This document shows, piece after piece, positions 48,837-59,037 of a stretch of DNA of 64,000 bases; position 1 is the first letter of the stretch; the number at the start of each line of letters is the position of its first letter. The DNA is from Methanocellales archaeon. Its GTDB lineage: Archaea > Halobacteriota > UBA148 > JAUWXC01. Location: assembly GCA_030018435.1 (NCBI GenBank), contig JASEEY010000001.1:11038-75037 (forward strand), in the 5' to 3' direction. The notes under the pieces are model-generated. The model did no database searches, had not been told where the DNA came from, and saw only the letters and a program-made list of their open reading frames with translations. Made by a program: the position numbers and the translations under genes.

Positions 48837-49661
48837 TCACACCCTGATATAACCCCTGATCAAATCATATCTGTCTACGATGCCGACTAGCTTGTCGTTC
48901 TCGATAACGGGCAATCTTCCAATATCGTGCGTCAACATCAGCTCAGCTGCCTCTTTCAAACTGGTCCCAGGATGGACAGTGTATACAGGCGTGCTCATTA
49001 TCTTCTCCACCGGTGGTGAACTGCTCATTCGTCCGCCGTGTTCGTTCTCCTTGCCCATCCTGGCATAACCAGCCTTGATGATATCCCGACGGGTGACCAT
49101 TCCTATGAGTTTTCCTCTTTTGACAACCGGAAATCCACTATATCCGAATTCATCCATGTTTGCCCAAACTTTAGAAACAGGATCTTTAGGATGACACACC
49201 TTTACGTCTGTGCTCATCACTTCGCCAACCATTTTGACCGGTACTCTATCTAGATTTATGTGTTTGAATATGTCAACGATGCTGATGATGCCAACCAATG
49301 TCCGATCATGAACCGATTTTACCACTGGCAATCTTCCCAATTTCGCTGTAAGCATGATCTGGGCCACCTCCAGCATATCCATATCCGGTGTAATTGTTGG
49401 GCATTCCAAGGCAAACCCATCGACGGTCACGTTGGACTTTGTAGACGTTACCCTCAATACATCTTGTCTGGTTATGAGCCCCATCACTCGTTTTTCGTCA
49501 TCAACAACCGGCAAACTCCTGAAATGACGGTCCCGAATCAACTGGCGCGCTTTGGTCATGAATTCGGTACCTTTGATAAATACGGGACTTTTGGACATCA
49601 CATCCTGTACTTTTATGAGAATCCTCCTCCTATCGGGATACCTCGTCTTTACAACTTTCAC
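48837..49661 (-). CDS. CBS-domain protein (4 CBS)
   Basis: Tandem CBS repeats. Confidence 0.8.
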   Translation of the reverse strand: MKVVKTRYPDRRRILIKVQDVMSKSPVFIKGTEFMTKARQLIRDRHFRSLPVVDDEKRVMGLITRQDVLRVTSTKSNVTVDGFALECPTITPDMDMLEVAQIMLTAKLGRLPVVKSVHDRTLVGIISIVDIFKHINLDRVPVKMVGEVMSTDVKVCHPKDPVSKVWANMDEFGYSGFPVVKRGKLIGMVTRRDIIKAGYARMGKENEHGGRMSSSPPVEKIMSTPVYTVHPGTSLKEAAELMLTHDIGRLPVIENDKLVGIVDRYDLIRGYIRV

Positions 49662-50184
49662 AAACCAGTATCCCGTTCACCATTTCCAGAGCATCTGAGA
49701 GCTCTCCGCATCTCTCACAAATGCCTTGTTCGAGTCCTTTTACGGGCCTGAATGAAATATGCTCGCGATTCATCTCGATTAAATTTGAAAGAATGTCAGC
49801 AAGTCCAGAGGAAACTGCAATCATGTCGGTATCGGTGACGATGCCAACCAGTTTGCCATTCTCGATAACGGGCAATCTTCTGATGTCCAATTCTGCCATT
49901 TTTCGCGCAGCCTTGTCTACGCTGTCATCTGGCGATACGGTAACAAGTGGCCGCGTCATCAGATCCTTGAGCGTGGCAGAACTGGGCTTTAGGTCTTTCG
50001 AGACAATTGTTCGCACCATATCTCGCTCTGTCACGATGCCCACGGGTTTGCCCTTGTCAGTTATGATAAGAGTTCCTACATTGTGTGCGATCATCTTTTT
50101 TCCTGCATCCGAGGCTTTCATATCGCTTTCGGCTGTGATGACACCTTTTGTCATGATCTCTCGCACTGGCATTCTGGTTTCCAT
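49630..50184 (-). CDS. CBS-pair protein with C-terminal zinc ribbon
   Basis: Two CBS repeats followed by CERCGELSDALEMVNGILVCESC. Confidence 0.8.
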   Translation of the reverse strand: METRMPVREIMTKGVITAESDMKASDAGKKMIAHNVGTLIITDKGKPVGIVTERDMVRTIVSKDLKPSSATLKDLMTRPLVTVSPDDSVDKAARKMAELDIRRLPVIENGKLVGIVTDTDMIAVSSGLADILSNLIEMNREHISFRPVKGLEQGICERCGELSDALEMVNGILVCESCKDEVSR

Positions 50185-50316
50185 GTCATCTTCCTCCTTG
50201 TCACCATTTATTATTCCGTGCTTTACCTATAAAACAATCGCGACTGTTCGGTGCAATAAAAATATATATGGCGACCAGGACATATACCTATATGATGTCT
50301 TCTCTAGAGGGGGATA

Positions 50317-50952
50317 ATGGGAGTAATAGAAAAAATTAAGAAAAATTTGCCCTCTTGGGTCAAAAAGATTTTTAAGAAGAAGAGGGCACGCATCGGCATT
50401 TATGGTCCGCCAAATGCTGGAAAAACCACCCTTGCTAATAGAATCATCAGGGATTGGAGCGGGGATGCAATAGGTCCTGTATCGGAAATACCACACGAAA
50501 CCCGCAGGGCGAAGAGGAAAGAGGGGATTGTGGTCAATGCCAACGGCGCAGCCATAACCTTGGATGTCGTAGACACACCCGGTTTGGCGACAAAGATCGA
50601 TTTTCACGATTTTATGGCTTATGGATTAGATGAAGCAGAAGCTAAGCGTAGGGCAAAGGAGGCGACGGAGGGGGTGATAGAAGCGATCAAATGGCTGGAT
50701 GATTTGGATGGGATCCTATTAATCATGGACGCAACTGAGGACCCATTTACGCAGGTCAACGTCACGGTCATTGGCAACATGGAGGCAAGAGAGTTGCCCT
50801 TGTTAATCGTAGCGAATAAGATAGATTTGCCAGAAGCTTCACCGGCGAGAATTAAAAGTGCATTTCCACAACATACCGTAATTCCCATATCCGCCCTTGA
50901 AGGATACAACGTGGACAAACTTTATGAATCGATAGCAAATCACTTTGGGTGA
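50317..50952 (+). CDS. small P-loop GTPase
   Basis: GPPNAGKTT (G1), DTPG (G3), NKID (G4). Confidence 0.75.
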   Translation: MGVIEKIKKNLPSWVKKIFKKKRARIGIYGPPNAGKTTLANRIIRDWSGDAIGPVSEIPHETRRAKRKEGIVVNANGAAITLDVVDTPGLATKIDFHDFMAYGLDEAEAKRRAKEATEGVIEAIKWLDDLDGILLIMDATEDPFTQVNVTVIGNMEARELPLLIVANKIDLPEASPARIKSAFPQHTVIPISALEGYNVDKLYESIANHFG

Positions 50953-50958
50953 TGTAGG

Positions 50959-51375
50959 ATGAGCAAGAAGAAAACTAAGAAGAGACGGACTGAAAAGTCA
51001 AATGCCCACGAAGGAATTAGAATAGATATCATCTCGAAGGATCGTATTTCAACTATGGCACCAATGGAAAAGATCAGGCTCATCCTCGATATGGTCCGAG
51101 ATGGCAGCATTGTGATTCTCGAGAGAGGTCTTACTCCAGAAGAGGAGGCGAAATTGATCGAGATGACCATGACCGAGATCACACCAAACGACTTTTCTGG
51201 CATTGAGATCGAAAGCTATCCCTGCAAACAGAGAACCACCTTTCTGGGCAAACTTTTGGGCAAAACGATGTTCGAAACGCGGCTTACCGTAGTCGGGGCG
51301 GCGGACCAACTCAAGACCCTGAAGAGGGATCATGATTTTATCAGCGCACTAGTATCTGTGCGTTCACGGGGGTAG
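50959..51375 (+). CDS. DUF2073-like archaeal protein
   Basis: 138 aa with a basic N-terminus. Immediately downstream of the GTPase. Confidence 0.45.
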   Translation: MSKKKTKKRRTEKSNAHEGIRIDIISKDRISTMAPMEKIRLILDMVRDGSIVILERGLTPEEEAKLIEMTMTEITPNDFSGIEIESYPCKQRTTFLGKLLGKTMFETRLTVVGAADQLKTLKRDHDFISALVSVRSRG

Positions 51376-51376
51376 A

Positions 51377-51748
51377 ATGCCGCACAAATGCACCAGATGT
51401 GGAAAAATATTCAAGGAGGGTGCATCCGAAATTTTAAGCGGGTGCCCCAGTTGCGGATGGAATAAATTTCTTTATGTAACTGGTGCTGAGACGTCAGAAT
51501 CAGAAGCAATAGACATCGAGGAACTGATAAGCAAAGTGGAAGTCGAAGAGAGAGAAAAACCCAAAGACGTCGATTCTCACAAGGTTGAGAGCGTAAAAAT
51601 AGTCGGTCCTGGTTCATATGAACTTAACATAGAGTCGCTTCTTGATAGGCCAGAGATCATCATGGCGTTGAAAGAAGAGGGGACATACATGGTTCACCTG
51701 CCATCTATTTTTGAGAGTAGAAGCAAGAAACGTAAGCGCAAGAAATGA
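51377..51748 (+). CDS. zinc-ribbon protein (DUF2072-like)
   Basis: N-terminal CTRCGKIF...CPSCGW zinc ribbon and an acidic/basic C-terminus. Confidence 0.5.
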   Translation: MPHKCTRCGKIFKEGASEILSGCPSCGWNKFLYVTGAETSESEAIDIEELISKVEVEEREKPKDVDSHKVESVKIVGPGSYELNIESLLDRPEIIMALKEEGTYMVHLPSIFESRSKKRKRKK

Positions 51749-52210
51749 CTATAGGAGAATCATGTAAAATGCCGTGTAACTGGTATGTGCAAGCGATGGT
51801 ATCGCATCGACGGACCTGAGCGTAATTGTATAATCGTCCGGAAATGTTATGACAAGTGTGTCAACACTCTGGCCCAGTTGGTGCGGTCCTACATAATATC
51901 TCCCATTATTGTATGTCATCACATCACTGGCAATAATCACGGCCTCATCGCATGATATCTCTACAATTTGAATTTGAAAATCGGCAAATGTGCTCTCCAG
52001 ATTTTGTTTTATGACATCTGGCCCCAGTAGCCACATATAAAGTTTGGCAAATAGATTATCGACACTATACTCTACGATGATGTTCGCATCTGCTCCGTCA
52101 AACGTCATCACCACGCTCTCAATATGGATGTACCCTGCATCTTCAGCAGCAGATACCATAGGTAGCATTAGGAGCAGCGCTACTGAAATCGCAAACACCC
52201 GTCTGAACAT
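51749..52210 (-). CDS. secreted hypothetical protein
   Basis: N-terminal signal peptide MFRRVFAISVALLLMLPMVSAAED. Confidence 0.5.
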   Translation of the reverse strand: MFRRVFAISVALLLMLPMVSAAEDAGYIHIESVVMTFDGADANIIVEYSVDNLFAKLYMWLLGPDVIKQNLESTFADFQIQIVEISCDEAVIIASDVMTYNNGRYYVGPHQLGQSVDTLVITFPDDYTITLRSVDAIPSLAHTSYTAFYMILL

Positions 52211-52259
52211 TAAACCTCCTATAGGGGATTTGTAGTCACTATTAGTATTTATATATGTT

Positions 52260-52448
52260 TCACTTTAGTCCCAAGAACGATGAGAAAAGCAAGAAGAATG
52301 CCAGCACGATGAACGCTATGAATATCAACTTTTGTCTCTTTTGAGCGTCATTGTATTGCTTTTTACACTTATCAGAGCAGAACATCTCCTCGGGCACAAT
52401 CGACTTTCCACACATTGTACAATGTCTATGGGGCAGGATCTTTACCAT
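52260..52448 (-). CDS. small zinc-ribbon plus C-terminal TM protein (DUF2116-like)
   Basis: CTMCGKSIVPEEMFCSDKCK followed by one TM helix. The internal start MVKILP is favoured. Confidence 0.5.
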   Translation of the reverse strand: MVKILPHRHCTMCGKSIVPEEMFCSDKCKKQYNDAQKRQKLIFIAFIVLAFFLLFSSFLGLK

Positions 52449-52543
52449 TAGATCACCTGACTGGAGATACATCATTTACCCATGCTCAGATAAACCTTTT
52501 CAAATCGAAACCCCTTAATACTTCAGGCAACAAGGGGGAATGC

Positions 52544-53218
52544 ATGATAGTGGTGATATCAATCGGCGGCTCCATCCTCGCACCCAAGTTGGATTCAAGA
52601 AACTTTGGGAAATATGCGGAGGCGGTTAAGGAAGTCGCCAAGAAACACACAGTTTTCGTCGTCACTGGCGGTGGCGCCATCGCAAGAGAGTACATTCAAG
52701 TGGCGCGCCACCTAGGTGCAAACGAGGCGAACTGCGACACTGTTGGCATTGACGTGACGAGGTTAAATGCACGTCTGTTGATATCCGCTCTGGGGAAAGA
52801 TGCACACCATGAGCCTCCATCTGATTATAAAGAGGCTGAACACGCTGCATCGTCCGGAAAAATAGTCGTGATGGGGGGTGTCGCGCCCGGGCAAACCACA
52901 GATGCGGTCGCGGCGATCTTGGCTGAATATGTTCAAGCGGATTTGCTCGTCAACGCGACATCCGTTGATGGCATTTATACCGCAGATCCGAAGAGTGCGG
53001 GCGCTAAAAAGTTGGACAGGATCACGCCAGGGCAGTTAGTGGACATCGTCATGAAAAGTGAAATGAGAGCGGGGGCCCAGTCAATCATGGATCCGCTGGC
53101 AGCAAAAATCATTGAAAGATCCAAGATTCGCACGATCGTACTGAATGGTTCTAATCCCAAGAGCATTGTAGATGCGATTCTTAAGGGAAAACATGGGGGA
53201 ACAGAGGTAACACCTTAG
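52544..53218 (+). CDS. pyrH: uridylate kinase (archaeal UMP kinase)
   Basis: MIVVISIGGS...VFVVTGGGAIAREY...VVMGGVAPGQTTDA from the internal Met. The track ORF from 52415 has an implausible N-terminus. Confidence 0.85.
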   Translation: MIVVISIGGSILAPKLDSRNFGKYAEAVKEVAKKHTVFVVTGGGAIAREYIQVARHLGANEANCDTVGIDVTRLNARLLISALGKDAHHEPPSDYKEAEHAASSGKIVVMGGVAPGQTTDAVAAILAEYVQADLLVNATSVDGIYTADPKSAGAKKLDRITPGQLVDIVMKSEMRAGAQSIMDPLAAKIIERSKIRTIVLNGSNPKSIVDAILKGKHGGTEVTP

Positions 53219-53274
53219 GATTGGGCATACGATATAAATTGAGACTAAAAATTTAATTTGATGGGATGTGAGGC

Positions 53275-53739
53275 TTGATGATGAGAATACACGTGCTCGG
53301 CTGTGGGAATTTGCTCGTTGGTGATGATGGCTTTGGTGTACACGTTCTAAAGGAACTGGAGAAAAGGGATTTGCCAAGCAACATCGAGTTGATTGAGGCT
53401 GGCACAGGAGGATTGGACATCCTAAACCTGATCGAGAGTACTGACAAGGCCATCATTATCGATGCCGTAAAAAGCGGTGGGAAAATTGGAAATGTGTATC
53501 GCTTTACCGAAAAAGACCTGCCTCCTTCAAATATGTCACTGCTGTCCCTTCATGACCTTGGTCTGGCCGATGTCCTGAAAACTGGTAGAATCATCCAGCC
53601 AAAGAGGATGCCAAAGGAGATTATCATCATCGGCTGCGAGGTTCAACAGGCAGACGAAATCAGGTTGGAACTGAGTCCCGATGTAGCCAAGGCGGTACCA
53701 GTTGTCGTGGATATGGTCTTAAAAGAGGTTGGTAATTAG
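53275..53739 (+). CDS. hydrogenase maturation endopeptidase (HycI/HyaD family)
   Basis: MMMRIHVLGCGNLLVGDDGFGVHV...IIIDAV matches the protease family. Confidence 0.85.
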   Translation: MMMRIHVLGCGNLLVGDDGFGVHVLKELEKRDLPSNIELIEAGTGGLDILNLIESTDKAIIIDAVKSGGKIGNVYRFTEKDLPPSNMSLLSLHDLGLADVLKTGRIIQPKRMPKEIIIIGCEVQQADEIRLELSPDVAKAVPVVVDMVLKEVGN

Positions 53740-54746
53740 CACACCCTCGGCACAGGATCGCCCATGGGAGTTTCCACAAACCTGGTACCACCTATTTCCG
53801 TTCTCATTATCACCCGCTTCCCCTTTTGGACTTCGCCGATGATTGCAGCATCTTTGCCATAGCGCGTTTTTCTGATCGCGGCCAGCACATCCTCCGCAGA
53901 CGTCTCCTCCACGCCGATGATGGCTTTGCCCTCATTGGCCATCTCAAGTGGGTCAATGCCAAGCATCTCGGATGCCGCCCTGACAGCGGGATTTATGGGA
54001 ATTGTCCCCTCCTCTATGACGATTCGCACCCCGCTCTTTTTCGCCATCTCGTTGAGGGCATTCGCTACGCCCCCGCGCGTAGGATCTTTCATGGCCGTTA
54101 TCCCCCCAACCTGCAACCCTGCTTGAATAGTGGACCAGATCGGTGATACGTCCGATATTAGATCGGTTTCAAAGTTGAATCCTTCCCTGTGCGCCAGTAT
54201 GGCAAAACCATGATCACCGATTGTGCCGGTTGTAATGATTTTGTTGCCGGGGCGCAATCCAGAATCCATAATTGGCTTTTCTGCAATCCCAATCCCGGTA
54301 GTGTTGATCATGATCCCATCGAACGCACCTTTTTCAACGACTTTCGTATCACCCGTCACAATCGCTCCACCCACCTCGCACATCGTCTCGTCCATGGAGT
54401 TCACGATTTTTCTTAGGTCCTCTATGAAAAATCCATCCACCATCACCATCGCGCTCGAAAGTGCGAGGGGTTTAGCACCCATCACCGCCAAGTCGTTAAT
54501 CGTGCCAGAAACTGCCAGACGCCCTATGTCGCCACCAGGAAAGAAGATTGGCTTGACCACATGGCTATCGGTCGTCAGCACGAGCGAGGTGTTATCTAAG
54601 GAGATGATCGCACCATCATCCAGTGCTTCTAATCCCATGCCGCCTGGCGTTTTTGTGTTTTTAAAACGCGCAAGAACGTTCACAATGAGTTCATGCATTA
54701 GCTCGCCACCTGCGCCATGAATGAGCGTTACCTCTTTCACTATCAC
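53736..54746 (-). CDS. hypE: hydrogenase maturation factor HypE
   Basis: 336 aa PurM-like. N-terminal TLIHGAGGELMHELI. C-terminus ends PRVC. Confidence 0.85.
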   Translation of the reverse strand: MIVKEVTLIHGAGGELMHELIVNVLARFKNTKTPGGMGLEALDDGAIISLDNTSLVLTTDSHVVKPIFFPGGDIGRLAVSGTINDLAVMGAKPLALSSAMVMVDGFFIEDLRKIVNSMDETMCEVGGAIVTGDTKVVEKGAFDGIMINTTGIGIAEKPIMDSGLRPGNKIITTGTIGDHGFAILAHREGFNFETDLISDVSPIWSTIQAGLQVGGITAMKDPTRGGVANALNEMAKKSGVRIVIEEGTIPINPAVRAASEMLGIDPLEMANEGKAIIGVEETSAEDVLAAIRKTRYGKDAAIIGEVQKGKRVIMRTEIGGTRFVETPMGDPVPRVC

Positions 54747-55075
54747 ACCTCAATTTCGACGTTTCTCACGTAGATCTCTCTTCCATGCAGGATCTTTGGG
54801 GGCGTCCCACACTTAGGGCATGTGAACCCTGCCGCGTTCCCTAGATGGCCGCAAGAGCAACTGACTTTGACTGGGATGGAATCAATCTCTAGCTTGGTGC
54901 CATCCAACTCGGTTTCGCTTGTAATGGCCTCGAATGAGAATTTGAGTTGCTCGGGATTGACAAACGTTAGCTCCCCTACTTCGACGTTAACCTTTAACAC
55001 CTTCTTTGCATTGTTTTGTCTTGCAACCTCGCGCACGGTATTAACTATGTCGTAAGCGATGCCGTATTCGTGCAT
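54743..55075 (-). CDS. hypA: hydrogenase nickel insertion protein HypA
   Basis: MHEYGIAYDIV N-terminus and zinc site CSCGH...CPKCG. Confidence 0.85.
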   Translation of the reverse strand: MHEYGIAYDIVNTVREVARQNNAKKVLKVNVEVGELTFVNPEQLKFSFEAITSETELDGTKLEIDSIPVKVSCSCGHLGNAAGFTCPKCGTPPKILHGREIYVRNVEIEV

Positions 55076-55076
55076 T

Positions 55077-55298
55077 TCACTCCTCTGTGCTTTCGGCCAG
55101 CTCATTGAACAACCTTATCGTCTCCTTGGCTTCCTCTTCATCAATCGTTTGAATCGCGTATCCTACATGCACCAATACATAATCGTTTTCCTTGGCATCC
55201 ACCAGGTCGAGTAGGATCTCCTGCTCCAACCCGCCAAAATCGGCGATTGCCTTGTGCCCATCTATCTTGATTATTTTTGCTGGAATCGCAAGACACAT
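55077..55298 (-). CDS. hypC: hydrogenase maturation factor HypC
   Basis: MCLAIPAKI N-terminus. 73 aa. Confidence 0.9.
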   Translation of the reverse strand: MCLAIPAKIIKIDGHKAIADFGGLEQEILLDLVDAKENDYVLVHVGYAIQTIDEEEAKETIRLFNELAESTEE

Positions 55299-55406
55299 GG
55301 TCTACCTCAGTTGCGCATAATTGTCCCCTCGTATACTAATATATCTTATGGTGTCCTTATTGGACAAACCATTTTAACCTATAAACCCATTTATGTGAGA
55401 GCACAA

Positions 55407-56630
55407 ATGCTGGACGCTTATAAAAAATACGAATTTAAACGAAAATTAGAGGAGCTGAGGGAAAAGACCGGAAAAGGGACGGAGCTGGTCACGATTTACA
55501 TCCCTCCAGATAAGCAGATTTCCGATGTCGTAGCGCAGCTGAGGGATGAGCGCGGCCAAGCTGCGAACATCAAGTCGAAATCCACCAGGATCAACGTTCA
55601 GAGCGCATTGGACTCCATCATGGCCAGGCTCAAGTATTTTAAGGCACCGCCTAAGAATGGGGTGGCAATCTTTTGCGGAACCATCTCCCTCGGAGGGGAT
55701 AAGACTGAACTGGAGACGGCAATTCTCGAACCGCCAGAACCCATTACGACGTACATGTACCGCTGTGGCTCTGAATTCGTGCTCACACCATTAGAGGACA
55801 TGCTCAGGGAGAAAAAGACGTTCGGCTTGCTCGTGTTAGATAGAAGGGAGAGCACCATAGGGTTGCTCAGAGGCAAGTATATTGAACCGATAAGGCATCT
55901 GACATCCAACGTGCCGGGCAAACAGAGAAAAGGCGGTCAGTCAGCACAGCGATTCCAGCGATTGCGATTGATTGCCATCAATGAGTTCTACGAGAGAATT
56001 GGCAAAGCAGCCAGCGAGGTGTTTCTCAACGTGGATAGGAAGGATTTTCAAGGTTTGTTGGTTGGAGGCACAAGTCCTACGAAAGAAGAATTCGTCAGTG
56101 GCGAGCATCTTCATCATGAATTGCAATCGAAGATCCTCGGATTGTTTGATGTATCATACACGGATGAGTCTGGGCTGTATGAATTGGTAGATGCCGCTTC
56201 TAACACGCTACAAGACTTGGACCTCGTCAAAGAAAAACGCATGATGGACAGATTCATGAAAGAGCTTGTGAGCGACCGAGGACTGACCGCCTATGGAGAG
56301 GAAGAGGTTAGAAGAAACCTCAAACTGGGTGCAGTTGACACGCTATTGCTCTCCGAGGATTTGCGCAGGATTAGAGTGCATATGCGTTGCACTAGCTGCG
56401 ATTTTCAGCAGGAAAAAACGGTTCAAAAGCTGGATGTGGGAGCGTGTCCAAAATGTGGCGCTAACCTGGAAGTAGAAAAAAGTGCAGATATCGTTGCAGA
56501 GTTATCAGAGATAGCAGAACAAATGAACACCACCGTAGAATTCATCTCGACCGATTTCGAGGAAGGAGAGCAGCTAATGAACGCATTTGGAGGGATCGCC
56601 GCCATCCTGAGGTTCAGGACTGGTGCTTGA
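55407..56630 (+). CDS. prf1: peptide chain release factor aRF1
   Basis: NIKS and GGQ motifs (AANIKSKS, KGGQSAQRFQRLR). 408 aa from the MLDAYKKY Met. Confidence 0.9.
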   Translation: MLDAYKKYEFKRKLEELREKTGKGTELVTIYIPPDKQISDVVAQLRDERGQAANIKSKSTRINVQSALDSIMARLKYFKAPPKNGVAIFCGTISLGGDKTELETAILEPPEPITTYMYRCGSEFVLTPLEDMLREKKTFGLLVLDRRESTIGLLRGKYIEPIRHLTSNVPGKQRKGGQSAQRFQRLRLIAINEFYERIGKAASEVFLNVDRKDFQGLLVGGTSPTKEEFVSGEHLHHELQSKILGLFDVSYTDESGLYELVDAASNTLQDLDLVKEKRMMDRFMKELVSDRGLTAYGEEEVRRNLKLGAVDTLLLSEDLRRIRVHMRCTSCDFQQEKTVQKLDVGACPKCGANLEVEKSADIVAELSEIAEQMNTTVEFISTDFEEGEQLMNAFGGIAAILRFRTGA

Positions 56631-56671
56631 TTCACCAATAAATTTAAATTAGGATAGGGTGAGTCTTTGCC

Positions 56672-57274
56672 ATGGCTGAAAAAATGTTTTATGAATCACT
56701 GCGGCTAACCATAGACCACATATCCTCTCTTTACGATAAAATACATGAGGTGCAGGTCAAGGAGTTCGTCGAAAACCTACATAGATTAGATGATGAGGGG
56801 AAATACACATATGTTTACGGTGCAGGTCGCTCTGGCCTCATAGGAAAGGCGTTGGTAACGAGACTTACCAATCTAAAGTATAACGCCTTTTTCATAGGGA
56901 GTGAGTCGGCGCCGGCAATGAATGAAGGAGATGCGGTAATTTTGATTTCGGGTTCTGGTGAGACGGCGGATGTCGTCAATAGGGCCAAGACCTCTAAAGA
57001 GTTGCATGCAGTCGTCTTTGGAGTGACCTCCCGTCCAGAGTCCAGATTGGCAAAATACTGCGACCATATCTTAGAGGTACCAGGAAAAACAAAAATGGAT
57101 GTGCCAACGGGTAATTACCTTGACAGGGAGCAAAAGGGATTGCATGCCCCACTCAGCCCACTCGGAAATCTCTTTGAGTGCAGCGCACTCATAGTCCTGG
57201 ATTCGATCATTTCCGATCTTGCCAAAATGAAGGGGATCACCGAGGAGGAAATGAAAAAGGTACATTTTGAATAA
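56672..57274 (+). CDS. SIS-domain protein (6-phospho-3-hexuloisomerase-like)
   Basis: VYGAGRSGLIGKA...ILISGSGET SIS motif. 200 aa. Confidence 0.7.
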   Translation: MAEKMFYESLRLTIDHISSLYDKIHEVQVKEFVENLHRLDDEGKYTYVYGAGRSGLIGKALVTRLTNLKYNAFFIGSESAPAMNEGDAVILISGSGETADVVNRAKTSKELHAVVFGVTSRPESRLAKYCDHILEVPGKTKMDVPTGNYLDREQKGLHAPLSPLGNLFECSALIVLDSIISDLAKMKGITEEEMKKVHFE

Positions 57275-57330
57275 ATGGATTTTACATCAACACAAACTAT
57301 AATTATCGAGCGCATCTAAGTGATATAGGC

Positions 57331-59037
57331 ATGTTTCTCAAGTTTGAGAGCGAGGTGGGGTCTCTACTGCAAGATGCCATCAAAGCAGCTGGTTATGAAG
57401 TAGAGATGCTGTGCTTGGAAACGTCGGATTATGCCGATCTCGCATCGTCTGTTGCGTTCAAACTCGCGCCGAAGTATGAGAAGTCCCCCAAGCGCATCGC
57501 AGAAGATATATCGCGAAAAATTCGAATTCCCAAGAAGACGTTGATTGATAGGGTAGAGGTCAAAGGACCGTACATCAATTTTTACGTCAACAGGGAATTC
57601 CTGAATCAAACAATTCTACAGATTCTCAAAGAAGGCGAGAGATATGGGTCGCTCCCTAAGAAACGTCAGCGCATCATTCTAGAGCACACCTCTGCAAATC
57701 CAACTGGACCGTTGCATGTCGGCAGAGGGCGCAACCCCATAATAGGGGATACTCTCGTTAGGATGCTCAGGTGCGCCGGCTACGACGTCGAGGTGCAGTA
57801 TTACGTGAATGATATGGGTAAACAGGTTGCTGCAATTGTTTGGGGCTATGATAACGTAGAGCGAAATGCATTGCCGAAATTGGAGAGGGACAAACCCGAT
57901 CATGACGTTGTGCGATACTATCGGAAGGCGACCGAAATCATTGCCGAACGTCCTGACGTGGATTCTCAAATTGCCCAAATACTGAGCAGATATGAATTAG
58001 GCGATTCAAACACGATTGAGAGGTTCAAGAGGGTGGTGAATAAATGCATTGATGGGCAAAAACGAACCCTGGAGCGGCTCGATATCGCCTTTGACAGATA
58101 TGTATGGGAATCCCAATTTGTGATGGACGGCTCTGTGGATAAGGTCCTTGGGAAATTGAAAAAGACCAAGTACATAAAACAGGAGGATGGTGCGCTAGTG
58201 CTTGACCTAACCTCATTCGGAGTGGAAAAGGACTTTGTATTGACACGCTTCGATGGGACCACGCTCTACACAACAAGAGACATTGCCTACCATCTCTGGA
58301 AGTTTGATCACGCAGATATCGTGATAAACGTGCTCGGTGAGGATCAGAAGTTATCGATGGAACAGCTTAGATGCGCTCTCAAGATACTCGGATTAAGGAA
58401 AGAGCCTAAGATGATATTCTATTCATTTGTCTCGCTGCCAGAGGGGAGGATGTCCACGCGCAAGGGCGTTGTAGTCGACCTGGATGATTTACTGGACGAG
58501 GCATGCGAGAGAGCATACATCGAAGTCCAGAAAAGAAGACCTGAGTTATCTGAAAAGGAGAAGCGAAGGATCGCTGAGATCGTCGGCATGGGCGCAGTTA
58601 GGTTCGATATCATCAAGGTTGCTCCGGAAAAAATGATGACGTTTAAATGGGAGGAGGCGCTGGACTTTGAGAAACAGGGGGCGCCGTTCATCCAGTATTC
58701 CCACGCAAGGGCGTGCAGCATTTTGAAAAAGGCGAGAAAAATCGGGCATGGATTCGATTCTTCTCTGCTTACAGCACCAGAGGAGGTAGAACTAATCAAG
58801 AAGATGGCACTTCTCCCGAGCATAGTGGATTCGGCGGCGCAAGACCTGAAACCGTACGTCGTGGCAACCTATGCAAGGGAGCTGGCTGAGACGTTTAATC
58901 AATTCTATCGCGCAGTGCCGGTGCTAAAGGCAGAGGAGGCACTGAGAGATGCAAGATTGTCCCTTGTGAACTGCACAAGGATCGTTTTAGCTAATGTGCT
59001 GAATCTGCTGGGCATTACGGCTCCAGAGTCGATGTAG
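57331..59037 (+). CDS. argS: arginyl-tRNA synthetase
   Basis: 568 aa class I enzyme with PTGPLHVGRGRN and a C-terminal anticodon-binding domain. Confidence 0.9.
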   Translation: MFLKFESEVGSLLQDAIKAAGYEVEMLCLETSDYADLASSVAFKLAPKYEKSPKRIAEDISRKIRIPKKTLIDRVEVKGPYINFYVNREFLNQTILQILKEGERYGSLPKKRQRIILEHTSANPTGPLHVGRGRNPIIGDTLVRMLRCAGYDVEVQYYVNDMGKQVAAIVWGYDNVERNALPKLERDKPDHDVVRYYRKATEIIAERPDVDSQIAQILSRYELGDSNTIERFKRVVNKCIDGQKRTLERLDIAFDRYVWESQFVMDGSVDKVLGKLKKTKYIKQEDGALVLDLTSFGVEKDFVLTRFDGTTLYTTRDIAYHLWKFDHADIVINVLGEDQKLSMEQLRCALKILGLRKEPKMIFYSFVSLPEGRMSTRKGVVVDLDDLLDEACERAYIEVQKRRPELSEKEKRRIAEIVGMGAVRFDIIKVAPEKMMTFKWEEALDFEKQGAPFIQYSHARACSILKKARKIGHGFDSSLLTAPEEVELIKKMALLPSIVDSAAQDLKPYVVATYARELAETFNQFYRAVPVLKAEEALRDARLSLVNCTRIVLANVLNLLGITAPESM

